Of a stretch of 64,000 nt of DNA, positions 37,995 to 51,299 are shown one piece after another. Below the pieces are notes generated by a model. That model was not told where the DNA came from. It saw nothing but the letters and a program-made list of their open reading frames with translations, and ran no database searches. This DNA comes from Cycas panzhihuaensis. Lineage: Eukaryota > Plantae > Cycadophyta. The position numbers were made by a program, and so were the translations under genes. Each line of letters begins with the position of its first letter. The first letter of the stretch is position 1. The stretch is from contig CM041465.1 of NCBI GenBank assembly GCA_023213395.1, positions 198,159,741 to 198,223,740 on the forward strand, written 5' to 3'.

Positions 37995-40304
37995 TGTTTC
38001 ACCAAATTTTGGCCCTTCATTAAGTCCTATGTATCCTGTTGATTTATTTATTTGATCATGGGTATTATTTGATAAGGCTATATCTTGTTATTTGGATATC
38101 ATATTATATTTATAATAGGATTGATGTGATTTTGGTGAAATGTTATCTTGATATTGAAGAGGATTGATGTTTGGATGATGATGAATGTATTTTTATGACT
38201 TCCATATGCTGATGAATGAAATGATAGAAACAAAAATCTTCTCCCCATCCATACCGATCCACTGTTTACTTTTAAAACCCTTTTTGTTTCTATCTTTTCC
38301 CCTTGATTTTATACTTTGGTTATCAATTTTTAATATTTATAGGCTTGTGCTTAATTCATCACTTCTTCTGGGTTACTTTTGTCTCTGATGAAGTTATTTT
38401 GTTTTAGTTTTTCAATAATACTTTTAGTTTTTTTTAAGTTTCTTTATCAAACTTTTTATCCCCTATTTGTTTACATTTTTAGTATTACCAAAAATGTGTT
38501 TTTATTCACAATATACAATTGATTATGTTTTATGAATAAAATCATAATTTCCTTTTTTCATAAAGTGCAACTGATCATGTTTTATGAAGAAAATTACATT
38601 TTTGATTGAATTGCATACAAATTTTTTAGTCAAATGCACTAATTTCTCTCCTAATCTTCTATATCACCACCTAGATTTTGTGGTAACTCATTCTCCTTTA
38701 CCCATAAACACCCAAACATCTTCATATTGATGACTATTATGATTATTACATCAAGGAGAGTGAGAAAAAAAGAATAAAAAATAAGAATCAAAGGAAAAGA
38801 GACTTGGACATTTTAATTTTACTTTCATTCTAAAACTTACTAGAGTGTTTATCTTCTATAAATCTTCAATTTAAGCTTCACTACTATTCTCAGAGATTTG
38901 GTAATATTTTTCTACCATTTATCTTCTAAATTTTTGAAGGTTTTTTTGTCATATCGTGCTTAGTTTATGCTATCTTCTTCATGTTAGTTGTTGTTTCTCC
39001 TTTTCCTGGTTGTGGTAGTTATTTCCTTAGAAAAATCTATGCTAAAAGGTTAGCCTTTTATGGGACTTAAAGTGATCAGTTATAGAGAAGAGAGATTTTC
39101 CTCTTCATCATAATTCATAACCTTTTTCCTTCCATTCTCTAGAGTAGTCAACATTCTAAGAGGTGCTTATCTTATTTTTCTTGTTTTGGTGATAGTCCTC
39201 TTATTCCTTCTTTGTTTTTTCCTCTTTGTTACATGTTTGAAAGGAAAAATTAATGAAAGATTGGTCAATAAGGGGAAGATTACTATCCTAAGGCATAAAT
39301 ATAGTAGCCTTCATTTAGTATTCTTATGGTTATTTGGAATGCTTTCCTTTATTCTTCACTTTTTCTCTCCTCCTTAAAAGGATGAACAAATAGGAAAGAG
39401 TAAGGAGATTGAACTTTGCATGTCCATTTTTACTCTTTTCTTACATAAGAGATAGAATAAATTCATAAAGTTTTTCATTGTATGTGGTTTCAACAATTAT
39501 GAGAATATTATATGCTCTTATCTTGGCTTCTCAAAGGATTATATAAATAAAACTTTACTTGCATATTAATGGAAACACTTCCATGTTGCACTTCAAGAGT
39601 TGTTATCTAGTTTTAGAACTTTTTCATATTTCAAAAGTTGTAAATCTTATTGGACATTCTTGCATCTAAGTGGAAGAGTTTCACAAGGAGATCTATATGT
39701 CTTCAACCTTCATTAAATGGTACATATGATAATTTTCTTTCTAAAGTTTGTTCCTTAAATCCTTCCATTTAGAATAAAAGTTTTATTTCAAGAGTTTCTA
39801 AAAGGAGTTTTATTTGATTTTAGATAGCTTTCCTCTTAAAATATAAAAGAAAAGAAAGTATGTGGTTTCCTTTCATAATTAGTTTAATGGTGTGGCTTTC
39901 TTTTCTTTAGTTAAATATTCTTTTCATGTGAATTAATCTTATGAAGTGTATAATGTCATGAGTTCTTGACATCTTTTTCTTTAATCAAGTAAACATAAAA
40001 CATTGAAAATTATAAGGGAAAAAATGAAAAAATAGTGGAACATTATTAGTGTAACTCTAAGCTCAAATCTACTCCACTCGATTGTGCAGGCTAGTGTGTT
40101 CCTTCATTGAGTTTCATTTACATACCCTAGCCTCTTATTCTCTATGCTACAAATCATACAACCAAGTGGAGACACCTCCTTAAGAGTTCGTAAATATGGT
40201 CCTAAGGTTCTTATGAGTTAACATATGTCCCAATATTTAGTCAAAATAGAAGAAATATAAAACTATTGAAGGGTACTTAACTTAAGGTGGTTCCTGATCA
40301 ACCA
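37995..40304 (+). repeat. 3' LTR of D (~2.3 kb)
   Basis: TG start after the PPT, CA end; the terminal part matches 25111-25395. Confidence 0.83.
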
Positions 40305-40914
40305 TTTTGTATCTAATATAAGTGTAATTGGAAGTTTAATGTATGTTATGGTTTATACTCATCTAGATATTATCTATGTATTGAGATTTATAAGCATATA
40401 CATATTAAATCTAAGTAAATAGTGATGGGTTATAATAAAGAGGACTTTTAGGTATTTATGAGGTATATCATAGTGTAGAATTTACTAGTAGGAAAGTCCA
40501 ATGTAAAATAGAGTAGTAGATTTAAGTGGCCTCATTAATGTATGTTGGGTTAGAGATCTTAATAGTAAAAGATCTACAAGTGGTAATGTACTTAACCTAT
40601 TCGGTAGCATATTTAATCAAATAAGCAAGCAATAGCTAATTATTAACTCTCAAGAATAAAATCTAAGTATGAGGTAATTACTCATGCATATAAGCAAGCA
40701 TTTTGGCTTAAGAGATTATGTATAGATATTAGCTTTATACCAAAAGTAGTTGGCATAGATTATGATAGTTAAAGTGCAATTTATCTAGTGAAGAAACCTA
40801 TATTTTATACACAGTGGAAGCATGTCAATGTGTAGTTTTATTTTATTAGAGACATGGTAAGGAGTCACAAAGTGGACTTCCATAAGTAAATATAAAGTAT
40901 TCAACAAGTGAGAG
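40305..40914 (+). pseudogene. Ty1/copia RT C-terminus and RNase H remnant
   Basis: IGSLMYVMVYTHLDI, RSTSG, WLKRL, DS*SAI.LVKKP.F..QWKHVNV*FYFIRDMV; PPT-like caagtgagag at the end. Confidence 0.85.
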
Positions 40915-43380
40915 TGTTTCTTTAAATTTTGGCCTTCCTGGTCCTTAGGTATGGTTTTCTCTTTAGTTTTGCTTTGTATGGGTTAGCTTACTTGTTGTGA
41001 TGTTATCATGTGCTACAAGTATCTATTCCATGGCATTTATGATTAGGATCCACTATGAATTAAATTAAAATCCTATTTACTTATACTATTAGACATGATT
41101 TTGCAGTATATCTTGACTTGTTGTTTGATAAATTGTTTGGATTTTCTCAGCATATTTTCTACTTGAAATTTTCTATTTATTAGTTTTCTAGAATTTAACA
41201 ATGTTGTCCCATCACATTAGCAAAGACCATGTCAAATTTCTATAGAATATCCCATTATCATTGCATGAATCCTATCAAAAGTTTTATAGTGTGTAATATA
41301 TGGTCAAAATTTGTGGTAGTACAGTCAAAATACTTGATGGTATCATTAAATTTATGGATGCAACCCTTGTAATTTTGGCAGTAATGTCCTAATTTTAATG
41401 ATATCAATTGTGTAATCTCCTAAAATAGAAAATGTTTTAATTTTTACTTTATTTGCATTCTATTTTAGTTGTTTTACTAGACCAAACATGACATAGGGAT
41501 TCTATAGGCATAATACAAATGCTTTCCTTACAAAAGACATATTCTAAGAACTCTATATAATTCCATAAGCTCATGTGATATGGGACTTTTGGGTAAAATC
41601 TTTGAGTTATTTGTTATTCTCTTAATTGTCTTGTTTTCTTTTACCTTCTTACTTTCTTGTGAGGTTTTATTTTTGTATGTGTAGGTCTTAGATGCTAATA
41701 AACAAGTTGTGGTTGTTTCTAAACTAGTTGGAGAGGAATTTATTAGTCCCTTTATATCCCATTGCTTAGGGACTTTGATTCATCCTTCTATCTTGTTTCA
41801 ATCATTTTTTTTTCTTCACTCATGGTTTTAAAATTTCATCAATTATTGTTGGATCCCAGTTAACACTAGCATCCTCTTACATTTGGTCTCGAAAGAAAAT
41901 TAGTATATCTCTTATTTACTTCTTATTTAGGAGCAAGATTTTCCATGGATTTACTTGCTTCATATTACTTGATTGAGTGAGTTTTATTGTAGCCAGTCTT
42001 ACTTGTATTTGCTTATGGATTTCTTTATTTCTTGGGAGCAATTCAATTATTTAGTTAAGGTTTGTTATTTCGTGGATTGTTAACATTCACAATAACGCTA
42101 CCAATCAGGGGGCCTCCTCCTAATTATAGAATTGTTAGGATTGATATTAATTTACTTATAGTCAATCGGTTTTATGTACTCTCACTTTTCCTTACACCCC
42201 CTCTTGCATGCTAGTATTACAAGTGGGGCAACTTGCCTTCCAAGCATGATTATGAGGTACCTTCCACCTTCACATGTAGGTATAATAATATACGCTAATT
42301 TCTTCTCTTTTTTTGAGTTTTAGAGTTTACATATTATATTTGATGCTTTGAAGTTATATTTTCCTTTGAGGTTTTCATTATGGTTTCTTGTAGTAAAGAG
42401 GACTTAACTAATGTTCTCTTTATTTAACCGTACCTTAGGTTTATGGTTTTGTTTATCTATTTTTATTATTTTACAAAGAGCTTTTCATAAGACCTAAATA
42501 AGATTCTCTTTACAAAAAAATAAAACAAGACACTTCTAGAAAAACTTAAAAAGATAAAAAAGTATAATGCTAAAAGATAAGACCAAAAAGCTTCTTAATC
42601 TTATATCACTTCATTTTTAGAATACTTGAAAACCTTGCTTATTTAAATTATCATTTAGGTATGTGCTATTAGAAAGAGTAAAGGCAAGTATAAGTGCACT
42701 TAAATCTTAGAACCTCCAGTTTGCTCATTTCTTTTAATAGGGTTACTTACATGATCTTGCCAATTTTAATTATGTAAATTGCTTGGTATAACTAGATATA
42801 CGTAGATTTATATTTTACTTAGTGTTGCTTATGTGTAGTATTATAGTTGCACCTTATTACTATATATGCTTAATTACATTTTGATAAAACTCCTATAATA
42901 AAAATAACATTTGTGAAGAGTATTGTACTTGCATGCATAGAACTAGTCATTAAAATAACACTCATCTACTATCAATGTATTATATGAGAGGGTTTGAGGT
43001 GATATAAGGAGATAGAGCCTCTTCACATAGGTAGAGTTATAAAGAGACTTATAAGGATTCTCAAGGATTTTAAGAAATGCCCCTAATCAAGATTAATTAC
43101 TTTTGGCTAAGCACATTTAGTGATAAGCCAATGTGTAAAGTGATGAGTGATCAAGCACCAATACCCAATCCATAAAGAAAATTAGTTTAACATATTAAGG
43201 GGTGTAGGAAAAATAGTAGGATCTTATAGGTTTCTTCTTCCAATGCCTCTTATGCATTGTATTATTCTTTGGATTAATTAAGGACCCATTGTCACATGAT
43301 GTCTAGTTTTGATTCTTTTACATCCCCTCTCTCCATGGGATAACCAACTTATTTAGGACCTTCTAAATCCTAATTCAACA
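40915..43380 (+). repeat. 5' LTR of a further Tat-type element (E), followed by a PBS and a truncated leader
   Basis: Starts TGTTTCtttAAATTTTGGCC like the D LTR (TGTTTCaccAAATTTTGGCC); ends ttcaaCA just before the PBS. Confidence 0.7.
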
Positions 43381-43383
43381 TTT

Positions 43384-43401
43384 TTGTGACCATACTAGGG
43401 A
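43384..43401 (+). promoter_or_regulatory. Primer-binding site of E
   Basis: TTGTGACCATACTAGGGA after the LTR-terminal CA. Confidence 0.7.
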
Positions 43402-44308
43402 GATGCCAAACCCACTCTCTCTTTTGATCATATCACTGTGCTCTCTTAGTGACATTGTTACTTTATCTTATTCCCTTAAGAGTCCTTCACATTCCTTCTT
43501 ACCTTTCTTTTATTACTTGGACCTACATCCTTTAAGATTCCTTTATTATATAAGTACACTTCTCTTATCATTTGGTTAAGCATGTTGTCCTTTAATTCGT
43601 TGCAATAAATGAAAAAAAGCACTTAACTTTTAAGATGACTAGATGTTTTACTCACATCTAAGTTATTCCTCATAAAGCATGTGATTTTATGTACTTACCC
43701 AAGTTCCACAGACTAAAAGCCTTATGGGATCCAATTCATATGTCACTACAACTACTCACTCTCCTCCACCACCTTGTGCTCACCCTGATCCCTCATTTAT
43801 TCAATATGGTAGTGGGTCCTTTTTCTCATCAAATTTGGCCCATTTTATACTAGAATAATTACTTCTTAGATAGTTTTCATGTCTTTGCTACATACCTCAT
43901 GAGGACCCTAAGCTAACTCCTACCTAAGGCAATGTCTCATTTTCCATTGATACCTTCTTTAAATATCTTAGGTTGAGTTACCCTATCTAAGTAAGAAGTT
44001 CACATAGTTCCTATCAAGAGGCTACCCCTTCCACTTCCTACCTTATGTCCTCTACCCATTTTGTTCCACCAACTTCTTAGCCTATAGTGTCAAGTGCTCA
44101 ACCTTTCAACCACAAAGCTTTCACTTTTCTTGGTCATGGTTCTATATTTAGATATTCTAGTTTACTATAATCCCATTCTAATTCATCTCATGGGGCCTCA
44201 ATTATAGTGAGCCTAATCAGTAGATAATTAGGGATTAATCAAGTTATTTATAGAAGAATGTGACTATTTATTTCATAAGTCATACCCCACATATTTATTA
44301 CTATATGC

Positions 44309-44322
44309 ACACACACACATGC

Positions 44323-44374
<52 letters not shown>
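44309..44374. repeat. Compound microsatellite (AC)n-(CATA)n-(AT)n
   Basis: Read directly. Confidence 0.95.
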
Positions 44375-44376
<2 letters not shown>

Positions 44377-44706
44377 CAATTATAACTTTGTATTATCAAT
44401 TTAGTAATATATTAATCAATATGTCCTTTGGATATATGGATCTCATGAACATATCTACCACTTATCTATAAGCATGACTAGAGCATGTCACCTTAAGTGG
44501 CATTGGAGGAGGCAGCCCACACAGATGATGTGAAATGTGACACATCCATATATTCTAATAAGAAGAAAAGATCAGAATATAAAAAACTTCTTAAGATGAA
44601 AATAAAGAGTGGTCCTTGCTCCTACCAAAAGGATTCCCTAAAGAAAGGAGAATAGAAAGGGAAAGAAGGGGAATGGTTGTGACACACAAAGCTCCCTACT
44701 AGTGAG

Positions 44707-44724
44707 TCCTCAGTATGGTTACCA
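44707..44724 (-). promoter_or_regulatory. Primer-binding site following the 3' LTR of C (second unit)
   Basis: Minus strand ...tttCA-t-TGGTAACCATACTGAGGA. Confidence 0.78.
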
Positions 44725-44725
44725 A

Positions 44726-47346
44726 TGAAACAATACTAAGGCATGGGAGAAGTGATATCATTGAAACCTAACAAATGAGCCTAGGGCAAATGTGGTAAGC
44801 TAAAAGGGAAGACAACACTCCACACCCTACCTAAGGTGTTTGGACACCTCTAGGTGCAAAAAACAAGGTAAGCAACAACCATAAGAAGTGGCTATACTAC
44901 TACCTAGGATAACCCAAATAAGAGCAGACACATGGAGGAGGTTTCAGTCCCTAATTTCCAAGGCACTTATAATGACCTAAAGAAAAGAAAGATGAAATGG
45001 ATGAATTGCACACCTATGAGTCTCTTCTACCTGGTGTATACAAAGGGAGTTTTAGCTAATACGATGCTACACCCTACGAGCTCAGGAACCCATGATATTA
45101 CAATCTTTCCTTTGTTCTTAAATCTTGCACAAGAAGGGGAAAATGAGGATGGACCTATGTGTAATGCATGTGGTATGGATTTTGGTCACTAGTTTACCAC
45201 TTTTTCTTTCTTTTTTTTTGTTGTATTTTTGTCATTTCATTTTATTTATTGTATATTTTCTTTTTTGTTTTTTTGGATGTTTATCCTAAATGCAAGAAAT
45301 AATATGTAAAACATGAGGGATGAAGAAGAGTGATATTTGAAGAAACAAAATGAGAATAAAGGAAACCTTTACTTTTCTTCTTTTCTTTTTATTTTCAAGA
45401 AAAAAAGGGATTGAGTAAGATGAGAAAATAAAAGTGTAGAAAGGGGATGATTAATAAAAGGGTACCTCTCTCTCTTTCCCTTATTTCTTTTTTACTATTT
45501 CCTATTCCCTCAACCACAATATCCTTCTCTTTTTTTTTGTCTCTTATATCTTTTCTCTTTCTTTCTTTCTATTTAAAAATGAAGTAAAACCAAATCAAAG
45601 GTTGTGGCAAGGATAAGAAGAGAAGGGATGCATACCTGTGACAATGATGTCTAATGGAGACAAATCTCATATCCTCATTGCCCATGGGACTGATTTAATG
45701 ATAAATGGCAAGGGTTCACTTACCTCCCCGTAAGATAAATATGGTAGCATTTCCACTTACTAATTTCCCTTATGACAAAATGGAAGAAAGACACAAAGAT
45801 AAAAAAAAAACAAATTCAAGAAACCCAAAGGAAACTTCAAATTAGAATAGTTGCCACTTACCTCTTCTATGGATGATTACAACCTACAATAATGATAAGC
45901 TTGTCAAACCAATAACTATTCTTCCTTCCTGCACATGGATTAGCTTTCTCTCCTAAAGGCATACAACATGCATAAATATATCACTCAATAATGAGGCAAC
46001 TAGTAATGTCATATAAACTATGGAATAAGAAAATACCACCAACAAACTAGCAATCACAAAATAAGAATAATAAAGGAGATATAGTTAAGAGCCTTAGAAT
46101 GACACCATCTTTGCTATATTATTGGTTCCCTAAGCCTTATTTAGGGGACCTCCCCATATGCTTGCATACTCATCTAACGAAAGAAGTTAGGTTTGACAAA
46201 TGAAGCAAAAAGGATAAATATCAAAAACATCCAAGATAGGGTAGCTCAATATCAAGCAAAGAAACTAGAAATATTAAGTAAAAATTTGAGCAATATGAGG
46301 TGGAGATAAGAGAAGAAATTAAAAGGACATTAGCCAACATGAATCATAAAAAATCCTCATAACATGGTAGAGGATTTGATGGAAGCGAGGAGGAAGACAA
46401 TAAATCTTAAATCTTAGGACTGGTTTACCATATCCTTTGTTGGAGAAGAGTGGCCACCATTGGCTACATAATAATCATCCTCAAGGCTTCCTTTAGCTTT
46501 TGTAGAAGTACACATTTAATTATTGCTATGCTTTGCTAAATGAGTCCTCAAATACTAGTAAATCTGGTGAAATTTTGGTAGCATCTCCCCAATAATTCCT
46601 ATCCATAATATATTTTTTGTCCACAACGTGAGAAAAATTACTCTAGAAAACTAGGGATCAATTAGGAGGCTTGAGAAGAATGGGTGCTCTAAACAAGAAA
46701 AGTCTAGGAAAAAGGGAAGATTTGGTAGTTGTTTCCACCTTCCAAGGTAGATATGAGTTACTTGGACTGATAGGGTCTGTTAGGGAGATGATTCAGGTGT
46801 ACTAATGGTAGAATGATATCAATTAAAACCAAATCTAGGTGCTATGACAATCATACCATGAATTCTTTAGTAGTACTGTGATGTTCTTAGTGGTATGACA
46901 ACATACACAGAAATCAAAATAGTACAACATAAAAAAGGAGATTTTAACTTGTTTTACTAAAGCATAGGCTGTTAAGTCTAGGGAACAAGGGTTTATGGAT
47001 GCTCACCTATCATTGGCATATGGAGATGAGGTAAAACAAGGCATAATATATAAAAGTAATCAATCAAAATAAGGGAACAAGCTACTTGTAAGCAAGAAGG
47101 CATCTATTTTTTAACTCAATAATATCAATGGAGAGACACAAGGGCCATGGACAATGTCCTACTCATGATCAGCTAAAAATAGGGGACATCGCCCAATCAA
47201 TCAAGAAAAAGTATCAAGCATCCATCTACCACATGAACCAAACACATGTAAATGAAATTAAAAGGTAGCAAGAAGGGTAGAAATTATACCTACACTTACC
47301 ATACTTAATCGATCATCCAAATTCCATTCCTAGAAGTCAGGAAATA
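44726..47346 (-). repeat. 3' (shared) LTR of C
   Basis: Bounded by the PPT (minus AAGGGGGTGA, 47347-47356) and a PBS; collinear with 55184-57881. Confidence 0.86.
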
Positions 47347-48242
47347 TCACCCCCTTAGCAGTAGAACCTCTTTAAATCTGAACCTTGAAGATGGTAAAAT
47401 CTACCAACACAAATGAGAAGATATGCTTTAATAAGAATACAGATCAAAATGCATGTGGATGTCACATAGGGTTGTGGTTTCCATAATGGTACCTTATCAG
47501 CAGTACGTCAGAGGTAGGTTTCCCTAGGCTAGCCATATAGAGGTCCTAAGGTGGATACACACAAGCTAAGAGAGGTGGCTAATCGATGATCATATCACTC
47601 CCAAAGGCTAGTGGCTACATAATCCTAGTGTGTGCAAGAAAAGTGGGGCCATACATTGGGGGATTTTCCCCTATAGCATGATAGGGTAGACATCAGAGCC
47701 CAAAATAGGGGCATGCAAGCCCAAATCCCTTTGAATACAAGAGGATATACCTCTAATATCCAAAAGGAGGAAGGGGCCCAATGGGCTCGGGGTTAGTTTC
47801 CATAGGTTTACCTCATCAACAACTATCTTTTGGAGGTACAAATTTTTTATTTTTTATGTTTTAAATTTTTTTTATTTTTCTTTATATATGTATGTGTGTG
47901 TAGAATTTTATTGTTTTTTGTAATTTTTTAGATTTTGATTGCTTTATGATTTTTTTTTTTAAATTTTTGATAGTAAAGGTTTGCATGAAAAGTAAATGGC
48001 AATCGAAATAAAGATAATATGTATAAATGCATATACTAGTTTATCCTTGTTTTAGAGTTATGTGGTAGTTTAAACTCTTGCTAGAGCAAAAGGGGAAGCT
48101 TTAGTGGCATGAACTAGCTTTCGTAAAGGGCTATTGTAAGCTTGGGGGTTGCTACCATAATTTTACCTCAATAGTGAGTGCCCCTTAGAGGTGTGGCCAA
48201 GGGATACTTACTGTTATAAATGAAATAGCCTCAAAAGGTAGC

Positions 48243-48686
48243 TCAATGGGCTAAGGGAGGGTTATCTACTAATGGCAAGTGGTGCTCAAGGATGAAATTA
48301 ACCAACCTATCAACCTCAATGTTAAGTCCACAGGGAATCTGATGGAAGTCAATGGAAAAGAACTAAGCCAGAAGGGATCTATCAGTCATGGCTAATAGTC
48401 TCAATTGAGGGCAAATAGAGTGGTAGACTTAGGTAAGCTAGGAGACAACAATCTAGGAATCATAGTGTAAAATAATAGAGCCATGATGAAAGTAGAGTGC
48501 ATTAATCAAAGCCTCAATGATAGTGGTGTGCTTGATCTCATTAGTAGTGGCTTCATGTAGATAGATCCCATATTGAACAAAAGTATACCCAAAGGGATCT
48601 TGAATGACCCAGCTACCAACAAAGGGCCCCAGATTCCCATGACTACCCCCATTGGTGTGAATGATCAATGCCATGGGGATATGCAA
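48243..48686 (-). pseudogene. Free-standing aRH ORF of C
   Basis: IIHTNGGSHGNLGPFVGSWVIQDP...ATTNEIKHTTIIEAL...ILHYDS*...HQIPCGLNIEVDRLVNFILEH; start and stop are in the same frame over 148 codons. Confidence 0.87.
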
Positions 48687-49372
48687 TGATAGCTTAAGAT
48701 AAAATCAATGAATAATGGGAAGGTGTAAGAATAAACAACCATCAATAAGAACTAAGGTGAGCACACAAATCTAACTAGAATGATGGAACCATTAGTCTTT
48801 GGGAACAACCAGTGACCAAACCAAAGAAACCTCCTCCAAAATCCATAAAGAGCAATAAGCTATGCTAAGTAGGGTTTGATCATGATTAAGACCATGGTGG
48901 ATCCAAGCACCTGGATCCAAACATCCTAAAATAGCCCAAACAACTAGACCTAAACTACATATCATAGATAGGGATGAGGCCATCATGCAACCTACCCCGA
49001 GAACCAAGTAGGTGGCAATAAATGTCACCTACTCAACACATACCCATATATACACATCATCATTTTTTTCTCTCGTCATCTTTTTTTTGATATGTCCTTT
49101 AAGACTTCTTTTCTCCCTTTTTTTTTGGATAGCTTCGAGAGGAGATATATAAATAAAGGCTTGAGTTGTATGAGTTAGGTGCAGTTGTATGCTAGACTAT
49201 AAAGGAACTAGGAAGAATGTTGTCATAATAATTTTTTAACATAGTAAGTTCTATGTCATAAGATCGAGCTAAAGAGGTCAAACTGCAAGGTGAAATAGGC
49301 AAGTCATGTAATAGTCTCAAGTATCATGAGTGGGGCATGCATGGAGCAGGGTCCTCTGGTAGGTGACCAAAA

Positions 49373-49655
49373 AGGACATGAGGGAAACAATCTAGGTAAC
49401 CAAGCTTAAACCATGAAAAATACCAATAAAACACCAATATCACTATAACATGCAAGAAAATATGTAGGGTAGTAAGGCTATCATGAAGTAATAGTCTCAA
49501 GTAATAGTCTCTGGGTCTAGGCAATTACTACCACCAAGGACATGAGGGAAACAATCTAGGTAACCAAGCTTAAACCGTGAAAAATCCCAATAAAACACCA
49601 ATATCACTATAACATACAAGAAAATATATAGGGTAGTAAGGCTATCATGAAGTAA
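49373..49655 (+). repeat. Local direct duplication (~120 bp repeated at ~165 bp spacing) inside C
   Basis: aaggacatgagggaaacaatctagg...ggctatcatgaagtaa at ~49373 and ~49537. Confidence 0.9.
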
Positions 49656-50276
49656 AAAGTGAGTAGTGAGCTGCAGGGATGGTGAAGACTCTGCGAGTAA
49701 CCTGGAAGTACTTGGGGGTGATAATATGGTCTAAGTGATCAATGTAGTTACCAAGATATCAAGTATGATAGCATAAGAAGATTAAATACAAGTGAGAAAT
49801 AATGAGATATGAGGGTTAAATGATATTTGACACACATAGGGCCTACATGGGTGATAATTTAAGGATTAGGATGAAAAAGGGATTCAGTGGACTATAAATA
49901 CTTATAAGAGATTAGGTGGGTGCCCCAGGGACAAAAAGAATCACCTAGGAGAAAAAGGAAAAGTATGGCTAAAGATACAGACATGCGATTTGTCATTTTG
50001 AAGGTGTAGATCATAGAGGTCTAGGGGGAGCAGGACCATCTTAGGTTAAGGTATGATTAACTTGTAGACTACATGGTAGCATGGTCCTTGGGGACACATA
50101 TGACCATGCCATCATGTTAATTACTTAGACATGAAGGTCACCCATAGGATGAGGGGAGCAAGGCCAGGCCAACAGAGCGACTAAGGATGAGCCTAGGGTG
50201 TACATGGACCCCACCAGAGCATAGGAGGGAGAGGCCATGAGATGACACTCCATGAGGGAATGAATAGATACATATG

Positions 50277-50280
<4 letters not shown>

Positions 50281-50374
<94 letters not shown>
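50281..50374. repeat. (TA)47 microsatellite
   Basis: Read directly. Confidence 0.97.
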
Positions 50375-50375
<1 letters not shown>

Positions 50376-50954
50376 TGCTCTTTGTATAGTAGAGGAGAGT
50401 TGGGCCTCCAGGGGCATAGAGCTTAGATGCATGATTATACCCCCCTATAAGGATCCCAACCTCCTATTAGGATGATACGTCCCCATCCACCATGTACTTG
50501 ACACTTTTGGATATATATAGATATTCATGGGTGCCAATTGGCACCCCATCATTTGCTTTGTATCCTTTATATATTTGTTCTATGGATGTATCTTTATACG
50601 TATGTGATATCACTCCTATGTATGCATGCACTATGCTTATGTATATTTATTTTATCATAATCTCATGTATATGGAATCATAGCTTACACACACAACATAC
50701 ATCCACATTCCACATGAAATGGTATCACACATTTGGAGATCTAGTTTACACTCATGGTGGACTCTTATGCCATCTTATTATGGAATTGTCATCATCAACA
50801 CATTAGATAGGTTTAAAAGAGAACTTAAGATGAGGTGTTATACATTAGCATAACCCTCAAGATAGGGTGATCTAGGCTTACTTCATAGCCATGGAGAGGT
50901 AATAGATGCCATTCCCCCTATTCTAAGAATGGAGGAAAGCCTGGCCTTATGGGA

Positions 50955-51190
50955 AGGGATAGTTTAGCCTCATTTCAAAGTAGATTGGTAGTTTAGGCTT
51001 GTACCATAGTAGGCTGATAATTTAAGCTCATGCTAGAGTAAGATTGGAAATTTAAGCTCATGACAAAGTAGGTTGGAACTTTAGGCTCATACTAGAGAAA
51101 ATCTATACTTTAGGCTCATATTAGAACAGGTTGGTAATTTAAGCTCATGCTGGAACAAGTTGGCAGTTTAGGCTTGTACTAGAGCAAGTT
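50955..51190 (-). repeat. 29-bp tandem array, 8 copies, minus-strand core ATGAGCCTAAACTACCAA
   Basis: TTTA anchors at 50963, 50992, 51021, 51051, 51080, 51109, 51138 and 51167. Confidence 0.9.
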
Positions 51191-51299
51191 CTCATAGCAC
51201 ACAATAAATGAGATAGGAGTAAGAGTGATTGTGGCTCAAAATTGGTCAATTTATTATGGCCACCCCAAGGAATCTCTCCTTGGAAAATGGCTTGGATAA

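Larger units (their letters stand above)
25111..40304 (+). mobile_element. Element D: autonomous-type Tat-lineage Ty3/gypsy retrotransposon (5' LTR mostly missing)
   Basis: LTR remnant, PBS, gag-PR-RT-RH-INT, long 3' region with aRH and antisense PMD, PPT, 3' LTR. Confidence 0.9.
40273..44507 (+). repeat. Left copy (X) of a ~4.2-kb direct segmental duplication
   Basis: Collinear end to end with 57882-62240. Confidence 0.92.

Noticed and set aside
50193-50475. ORFs with long YIYIYI runs on both strands
   Set aside because: Translation of the (TA)47 microsatellite.
50955-51190. 29-bp periodic array as a CRISPR array or coding repeat
   Set aside because: No unique spacers, units are degenerate and contiguous, no cas genes, and the period is not a multiple of 3.
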